Source: Bacteroidaceae bacterium (lineage in GTDB: Bacteria > Bacteroidota > Bacteroidia > Bacteroidales > Bacteroidaceae). Taken from it: a stretch of 63,270 nt of DNA. Within the stretch, counting starts at the first letter, position 1, and the number at the start of each line of letters is the position of its first letter. The position numbers and the translations under genes are program-made. The stretch lies in the NCBI GenBank assembly GCA_963592505.1, contig CAVAXH010000001.1, positions 1-63,270 on the forward strand, written 5' to 3'. This document shows positions 58,601 to 63,270 of the stretch, piece after piece. Below the pieces are notes generated by a model that worked only from the letters and a program-made list of their open reading frames with translations, did not search any database and was not told where the DNA came from.

Positions 58601-58905
58601 ACAAGAACAGCAATGTTCCCCGTCTGCAGCTCAACGACCGTTACACCGCTGCCACCAGCGACCGCTTCCTCACAAGCGCTTCGTACCTCAACCTGCAGAA
58701 CATCACCCTGGGCTACACACTGCCTAAGAACGTGGTGAAGAAGATTGGCCTGTCTAACCTGCGTGTCTACTGCACAGCCGAGAATGTCTGGCTGTGGTCG
58801 AAGCGCCAGGGCATGGATCCCCGCCAGAGCACAAGCGGCTCGGTCAGCAGCCAGTACTACTCGCCCATCCGCAGCATCTCAGGTGGTATCACTGTCACTT
58901 TCTAA
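55654..58905 (+). CDS. susC: SusC/RagA family TonB-dependent transporter
   Basis: Signal peptide, N-terminal extension domain, LDEVMVVAYG, plug PLYVVDG...IESMTVLK..SAAALYGARGANGVVIITTK, C-terminal Phe. Confidence 0.97.
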   Translation: MVKRLSMILAGLFLSIGIALAQSQVTGTVTDENGEPVAGAGVKVVGTKMGTATNSDGHFSLSAPANSTLEITFIGMESKRVKAGRNLNISLVPNDQTLDEVMVVAYGTAKKSAFTGSAAVVKAEDIGKVQTTNAVEALKGKVSGVQLTQSTGQPGTTPTIRIRGIGSIRASNTPLYVVDGSPFDGDINTIAPSDIESMTVLKEASAAALYGARGANGVVIITTKSGANKGNASITVDAKWGSNSRQMPNYNYISSPAGYYETWYKGLENYAVNTWGYSQAQANAWANQNITADNSYGLGYNVYTVPTGQNLIGLNGKLNPNATLGSYVTNNGTTYYITPDDWTDATYRNALRQEYTVTATGSTQKSNFYASANYLDMKGITVGSEYKRFASRLKADYQIKKWLKVGMNVNYTHYDQDNVSGDGSSGSSGNMFSMTTMAPIYPLYVRDQNGNIIQHEASHRPLYDFGDGEYIGLNRPFLSQANPLCNTYVDTNNTNGNTVNATGTIDIDLPYGFRFSSTNSAYVDEYRGQSSTNPWFGQYASSNGIASVSHGRTWSYNYQQLLKWHQIYGKHDISAMFGHEYYRRRGYSLAGTNNGMFSNDIVELSAAIATNAISTSSMSDYNTEGFFGQAQYNYDNKYFVSASYRRDASSYFDPDHRWGNFWSLGGAWLINKEAWFDVNWIDELKLKASYGEQGNDNIGYYNYITTYSIVNSNGSLALTPRQLGNSKISWEKGGEFNLGLEFSLFKSRLTGSVEYYYRKTSDMLSWFSLPASFGFTGYYDNIGDMRNSGVEFELRGDIISTKDLTWSAYANITTNSNKILTIADANKTMVCDGVEGYQSGNYYYGEGKPIYTWHMYKYAGVDQETGEALYYKNVYEKENGNIVYYDANGNKCQSTDKGARPKVIGQETTNTTADADMYLVGEASADAFGGFGTSLSWKGFDLGIDFTYQLGGLCYDGDYAASMTMSRGHAMHSDILNAWTPNNKNSNVPRLQLNDRYTAATSDRFLTSASYLNLQNITLGYTLPKNVVKKIGLSNLRVYCTAENVWLWSKRQGMDPRQSTSGSVSSQYYSPIRSISGGITVTF

Positions 58906-58935
58906 GTTGTTAACAATCAAAGAGAATTTATCTGT

Positions 58936-60546
58936 ATGAAAAAAATAAATAAGGTAATTTTCGGCATGGGTGTGGCCGTCCTCGGACTGACGGCCCTCAC
59001 CTCGTGCGAAGAGGAGACTCACCCCACCGCTTATGCCACCACCGATCAGATGGCGCAGTCGTCATCGGCCACCGAGGCTTTGCTGAGTGCGGTGCCTGCA
59101 TCGCTCAACAGCATCTGGGCCGACGCTCACTATTCCTGGGGTTACGGCTCACTGATGCGCATCCGCGACGTGATGACCGGCGACTTCGCCGTCGTAGAGA
59201 GCAACTACGACTGGTACAACGCCTGGGAGCAGGCCTACTACATCGGCAAGGCCTACCTCGCCACGCAGTTCGTCTGGAACTACTACTATAAGATGGTGCT
59301 CACCGCCAACAACCTCATCAGCGGTATCGACTCCACCAACGCCACCACAGAGCAGAAGGGCTATCTGGGCGTGGGCTACGCTGAGCGCGCATGGATGTAT
59401 CTCGACATGGCCCGCATGTATGAGTTCCTGCCCAACGAGAAGTTCCCCGACGGCAAGAACGAGAACGGCAACGTCGTCACCAACCTCACCGTGCCTATCG
59501 TGAAGGCCGGCATGTCGGAAGACAGCGCCCGTGTGAACCCCCGTGCCACCCGCGAGCAGATGGCCGCCTTCATCCTCGACGACCTCAACCGCGCCGAGAG
59601 CCTCATCACCAACCTCAGCGACACCCGCAGCAAGACCCTGCCCGACCTCGCTTGTGTCTATGGCATGAAGGCCCGCTACTACATGTGGCTTGAGAACTAC
59701 GCCCAGGCCCAGGCTTATGCCCGCAAGGCCATCAACGCCGCAGGCATCGACCCCATGACACAGTCGGTGGCCCTCAACCCCTCTACTGGCTTCAACACCA
59801 CCGACCCCTGGATGTGGGGTTCTACGCTGACTGCCGAGAACGAGACCGTCGAGAGCGGCATCTTAAACTGGACATCATGGATGAGCAACGAGACCCAGTT
59901 TGGCTATGCTTCAGCAGGCCCGATGAACATGATCAGCAAGAGCATGTACGACCGCATCAGCGACACCGACTGGCGTAAGCTCGAGTGGAAGGCTCCCACA
60001 TCATCAGCACTGGCCAACAGCGTGCCCTTCCTGAACAACACCTACAAGAGCGCCATCCCCACCTACGGATCGATCAAGTTCCGTCCGGGCAGCGGCAACG
60101 ACGGCGAGAGCTCAGTGGGTGCCGTGACCTCTTACCCCCTCATGCGCGTGGAAGAGATGTACTTCATCGAGGCTGAGGCTGCCGCCCACCAGAATGCCGA
60201 GACAGGTAAGAACCTGCTCGTGAGCTTCATGACCAACTATCGCGACCCGCAGTACAAGTGCAAGGTCAGCAGCACCGACGACGTGGTGGAGGAGATCGTC
60301 TTCCAGAAGCGCGTGGAGCTGTGGGGTGAGGGTCAGACGTTCTTCGACATCAAGCGTCTGAACTACTCGGTGACACGTGCCTACGCCGGCACCAACTTCT
60401 TCGAGCAGTGCCGCTACAACACCGTGGGACGTCCGGCATGGATGAACTTCGTGATTGTGCAGACCGAGGAGAACAACAACACGGGTGTGATGGGCTGGAA
60501 CAACCCCGACCCCTCTGACCAGTACACTCCGATACAGGTCAACTAA
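58936..60546 (+). CDS. susD: SusD/RagB family lipoprotein
   Basis: Lipobox LTSC, ILDDL..A, RVEEMYFIEAEA, KRVELWGEG..FFDIKR. Confidence 0.95.
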   Translation: MKKINKVIFGMGVAVLGLTALTSCEEETHPTAYATTDQMAQSSSATEALLSAVPASLNSIWADAHYSWGYGSLMRIRDVMTGDFAVVESNYDWYNAWEQAYYIGKAYLATQFVWNYYYKMVLTANNLISGIDSTNATTEQKGYLGVGYAERAWMYLDMARMYEFLPNEKFPDGKNENGNVVTNLTVPIVKAGMSEDSARVNPRATREQMAAFILDDLNRAESLITNLSDTRSKTLPDLACVYGMKARYYMWLENYAQAQAYARKAINAAGIDPMTQSVALNPSTGFNTTDPWMWGSTLTAENETVESGILNWTSWMSNETQFGYASAGPMNMISKSMYDRISDTDWRKLEWKAPTSSALANSVPFLNNTYKSAIPTYGSIKFRPGSGNDGESSVGAVTSYPLMRVEEMYFIEAEAAAHQNAETGKNLLVSFMTNYRDPQYKCKVSSTDDVVEEIVFQKRVELWGEGQTFFDIKRLNYSVTRAYAGTNFFEQCRYNTVGRPAWMNFVIVQTEENNNTGVMGWNNPDPSDQYTPIQVN

Positions 60547-60576
60547 TAACAAAGCAAAAGACAAAGAACAAACAAT

Positions 60577-61356
60577 ATGAAGACTATCTTTAAATATGCA
60601 TATGTAGCCCTCTTCGCTGTGCTGGCCCTGGCCTCTTGCACCGACGAGTACGACTACACGCCCGCCGACCCTGCCAACCAGGGCGGCAACGCCACCATCG
60701 AGGCCACTGCATCGTCGTTCATGTTCCTGCCGGGCGAGACGCAGACCGTCACCTTCATCGTGCACCGCCTCGACTCCACCCAGACTGGCACCGTGAAGCT
60801 CGTCAGCAACAGCGAGTACTTTGTTGCCCCGACCGTGAGCTTTGCTGCCGGCGAGGCCAACAAGACGGTGTCGATCAACGGCACACTGCCCGTGGGCAAG
60901 TCGGAGAATGTGGCCATCACCGTGGCCGATGAGGATGCCTTCCTCTATGGCGTGAAGGAGGTTCACTTCACCGTGAGCGTCTACAAGTCATACACGGGTA
61001 CCATCACGTCTAACCTGTTCCGCAACCCGTTCGGCTGCGTGTTCTATGATCTCACAGGCGGCGACTTCCTCATCCCCAACGCCTACGAGGACGGCTACGA
61101 CTACAAGTTCCACATCGACTTCAAGACCAACGAGGTGACTGCCGAGCCGCAGCTCGTGCTGCTCTACAGCGAAGCTTATGGTCGTCTGCAGTTCGACACT
61201 GACAACGAGGACGGTCTGCTCCACGGAGAGTATGACCCCGACTCATGGACCGTGGAGATGCAGGATGTGGTGTACTCACTGCCCGACATCAACAACGGTT
61301 TCAGTGGTACATACAGCGAATACTTCACGTTTGATGAAGACCCCAACGCAGAGTAA
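60577..61356 (+). CDS. Surface lipoprotein of unknown function (SusE-position accessory)
   Basis: Lipobox LASC followed by acidic TDEYD; beta-rich sequence. Confidence 0.8.
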   Translation: MKTIFKYAYVALFAVLALASCTDEYDYTPADPANQGGNATIEATASSFMFLPGETQTVTFIVHRLDSTQTGTVKLVSNSEYFVAPTVSFAAGEANKTVSINGTLPVGKSENVAITVADEDAFLYGVKEVHFTVSVYKSYTGTITSNLFRNPFGCVFYDLTGGDFLIPNAYEDGYDYKFHIDFKTNEVTAEPQLVLLYSEAYGRLQFDTDNEDGLLHGEYDPDSWTVEMQDVVYSLPDINNGFSGTYSEYFTFDEDPNAE

Positions 61357-61374
61357 AATACCAAGCGTTTGACA

Positions 61375-61424
61375 ACGGAAAATATGCCGGATAGGACTTT
61401 GCCGTCCTGTCCGGCTTTTTCCGT
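61375..61424 (+). terminator. Probable terminator after the susCD-lipoprotein genes
   Basis: GCCGGATAGGAC-loop-GTCCTGTCCGGC followed by TTTTT. Confidence 0.75.
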
Positions 61425-61493
61425 CTACCTTTAGCTTTAGGGAGGACACTACACAACCACCCTTCAACAAACCAAACTTTTTATTGCCAAATC

Positions 61494-63143
61494 ATGAAGA
61501 AACTTTTCATTATCGCATTTGCCCTGCTGACCACGCAGGCCATGCTGGCCGCAGAGCGCACACACGAAGCCCTGCAGCGGGCGGCCCGCGCCGTGCTGCA
61601 GCAGACTGCAACCGACGGCAAGAGCCACGCTGCATCGACCGACCAGCTCACAGTGTTGCAGCACAACGCGCAGCTGACCGTGATGGGCAACGACCGCCTG
61701 GGCTTTGCCGTGCTCACCAACGACGACGCATGGCCTGAGGTCATCGGCTACTCCGACTCGGCCTTCGACCCTGCCAACAACGCCGGCCTGCAGTGGTTTA
61801 TCGACGAGGCCTCAAAGGTCATCAGCCAGGGCCGCTTGTATGCCCCCGTGGTGCCTTCGGGCGACTACAAGACGACGGTGGCACCGCTCTGCAAGACGCT
61901 CTGGAACCAGGACGCCCCCTACAACGACCAGTGCCCGTATCTCTCGGGCAACACGCCCTACCCCACCGGCTGCGTGGCCACAGCGCTCTCGCAGATCATG
62001 TACTACTGGAAGTATCCCGTCCACGGCACCGGCTCGGCCACACTGAGCGTCACCAACGACGGTATGGGTACGATCATCTCAGCCAACTTCGGTGAGACCA
62101 CCTACGACTGGAACAACATGCTGCTCGACTACGAGTCGGCATCCTACAACGACACACAGGCCAACGCCGTGTCGACACTGATGCTCCACTGCGGCATTGC
62201 CGTCGGCATGAGCTATTCGCCCTCGGGCAGCGGTGCCTACTCGCACGAGGCCCGTCTCGGCATGATCAACTATTTCAGCTACAACCCCGGCATCAACCTG
62301 CTGACCCGCAAGTATTACAGCACGGCCGAGTGGATGAAGCTCATCTACACCGAGCTCAATGCCGGCCGCCCGGTCTACTACACGGGTGTCGACAGCAACT
62401 ATGGCGGCCATGCCTTCGTCTGCGACGGCTACAATGCCAAGGGCTACATGCACATCAACTGGGGATGGGGCTCCGCCGGCGGCAACGGCTATTATGACAT
62501 TGCACTGCTCAACCCCACCAACTACCAGTTCAGCGAGAGCCAGAACATGCTCATCGGTGTGGCTCCCACACAGGTCATGGACTATGCCTCGCACATCTGC
62601 GGCGAGACAGGGCTCTCCATCACCCGCATCAACAAGAGCCTCATGAAGGTCGATGGCGGCTCGATGTACAACTTCACCGGCGAGCCCTTCACAGGTCAGG
62701 TGGCACTGGTCATGGACATGGGCGACAGCCTGACGGTGCTGAAGTCGCTCAACGTGAGCAACATCGCACAATACTACACGCCGGGAGCGCTCAGCGGCAT
62801 GATCAAGCTGCAGACATCGTCGATGGCCGACGGCACCTACCGCGTCTTCGTGGCTTCGAAGTCGGAGAACGAACAGTCGTGGCAGCTGGTGCGCCGCGCC
62901 GAAGGCGTTGCCAACAGCTATCTGTTGGTGGTCGACAACGGCGACTACTCGGTGATCGCTTCCACCACCGACTCTTGGGCCACCGGCATCAGCCGTGCAG
63001 AGGTGTCGGCCGACAAGACGGCTAACGCATCGGCACGCGCAGCCCGCGGGGTCTACACGCTCGACGGCCGCTATGTCGGCACCAGCACTGCCAACCTCGG
63101 CAAGGGCATGTATATCGTGAACGGTAAAAAGGTGGTGAAATGA
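61494..63143 (+). CDS. C10 (streptopain/interpain-like) cysteine protease with T9SS C-terminal domain
   Basis: Signal and propeptide, WNQ..PYN, TGCVATA (Cys), GHAFVCDGY (His), HINWGW; CTD YTLDGR...KGMYIVNGKKVVK. Confidence 0.93.
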   Translation: MKKLFIIAFALLTTQAMLAAERTHEALQRAARAVLQQTATDGKSHAASTDQLTVLQHNAQLTVMGNDRLGFAVLTNDDAWPEVIGYSDSAFDPANNAGLQWFIDEASKVISQGRLYAPVVPSGDYKTTVAPLCKTLWNQDAPYNDQCPYLSGNTPYPTGCVATALSQIMYYWKYPVHGTGSATLSVTNDGMGTIISANFGETTYDWNNMLLDYESASYNDTQANAVSTLMLHCGIAVGMSYSPSGSGAYSHEARLGMINYFSYNPGINLLTRKYYSTAEWMKLIYTELNAGRPVYYTGVDSNYGGHAFVCDGYNAKGYMHINWGWGSAGGNGYYDIALLNPTNYQFSESQNMLIGVAPTQVMDYASHICGETGLSITRINKSLMKVDGGSMYNFTGEPFTGQVALVMDMGDSLTVLKSLNVSNIAQYYTPGALSGMIKLQTSSMADGTYRVFVASKSENEQSWQLVRRAEGVANSYLLVVDNGDYSVIASTTDSWATGISRAEVSADKTANASARAARGVYTLDGRYVGTSTANLGKGMYIVNGKKVVK

Positions 63144-63270
63144 GAAAACACGCCTTTCGCTTCATGGTGATGGTGCTGACAGTGCTCAGCACCTTCGCCC
63201 TTGCCTCGTGCAACAAGGACAGCGATGAGACCACCGATGACGCCTACCGCTATCTGCACCGTTCGTTCAC
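63140..63270 (+). CDS. Lipoprotein, N-terminal fragment truncated by the window edge
   Basis: ATGA overlap with the protease stop codon; MRKHAFRFMVMVLTVLSTFALASCNKDSDETTDD..., lipobox LASC. Confidence 0.8.
   Translation, partial: MRKHAFRFMVMVLTVLSTFALASCNKDSDETTDDAYRYLHRSF

Noticed and set aside
1..63270. tRNA/rRNA genes, transposases, integrases, reverse transcriptases, DGR template repeats, invertible promoters
   Set aside because: No cloverleaf, recombinase or RT motif, TR/VR pair or promoter-flanking inverted repeat was seen by eye; tRNAscan-SE and Infernal would be needed to exclude them formally

Overview
A GC-rich chromosomal segment from a Prevotellaceae (Bacteroidota) genome. The assignment rests on TAnnTTTG/TTTG promoter motifs, A-rich leaders without Shine-Dalgarno sequences, a SusC/SusD pair and a T9SS C-terminal domain. 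It is almost entirely core housekeeping DNA, in this order: radC-GT2-efp; rpmH; PASTA-rluD-ddl-acyltransferase-NigD-like; kbl/tdh; an arginine operon (argR-GNAT-argG-pspC-argC-argD-XRE-acyl-CoA synthetase-argF'); comEA-like; two tandem NSS transporters; vanZ/CYTH; prfB; an acyl-CoA ligase and an M20 hydrolase; dut-TPR-DUF4292-envC; dgt-hlyIII; a glsAB-like acyltransferase pair; the dcw cluster (mraZ to ftsZ); and a SusC/SusD-lipoprotein-C10 protease-lipoprotein locus running off the right edge. I found no integrase, transposase, cas, tRNA or rRNA genes, and no clear new multi-gene system. The signals least explained by these genes are non-coding: (1) a CRISPR-like array at 73-457 with a 27-bp core, recycled spacers, GCGAAGC mini-hairpins and 16-bp flanking direct repeats, next to a REP-like element; (2) a mirror-symmetric 22-bp-period palindromic array at 36593-36753; (3) a susC leader with mutually exclusive stems. 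prfB has lost its programmed frameshift. The ArgF' sequence predicts an N-succinyl arginine pathway. All gene names come from motif recognition, not database searches.
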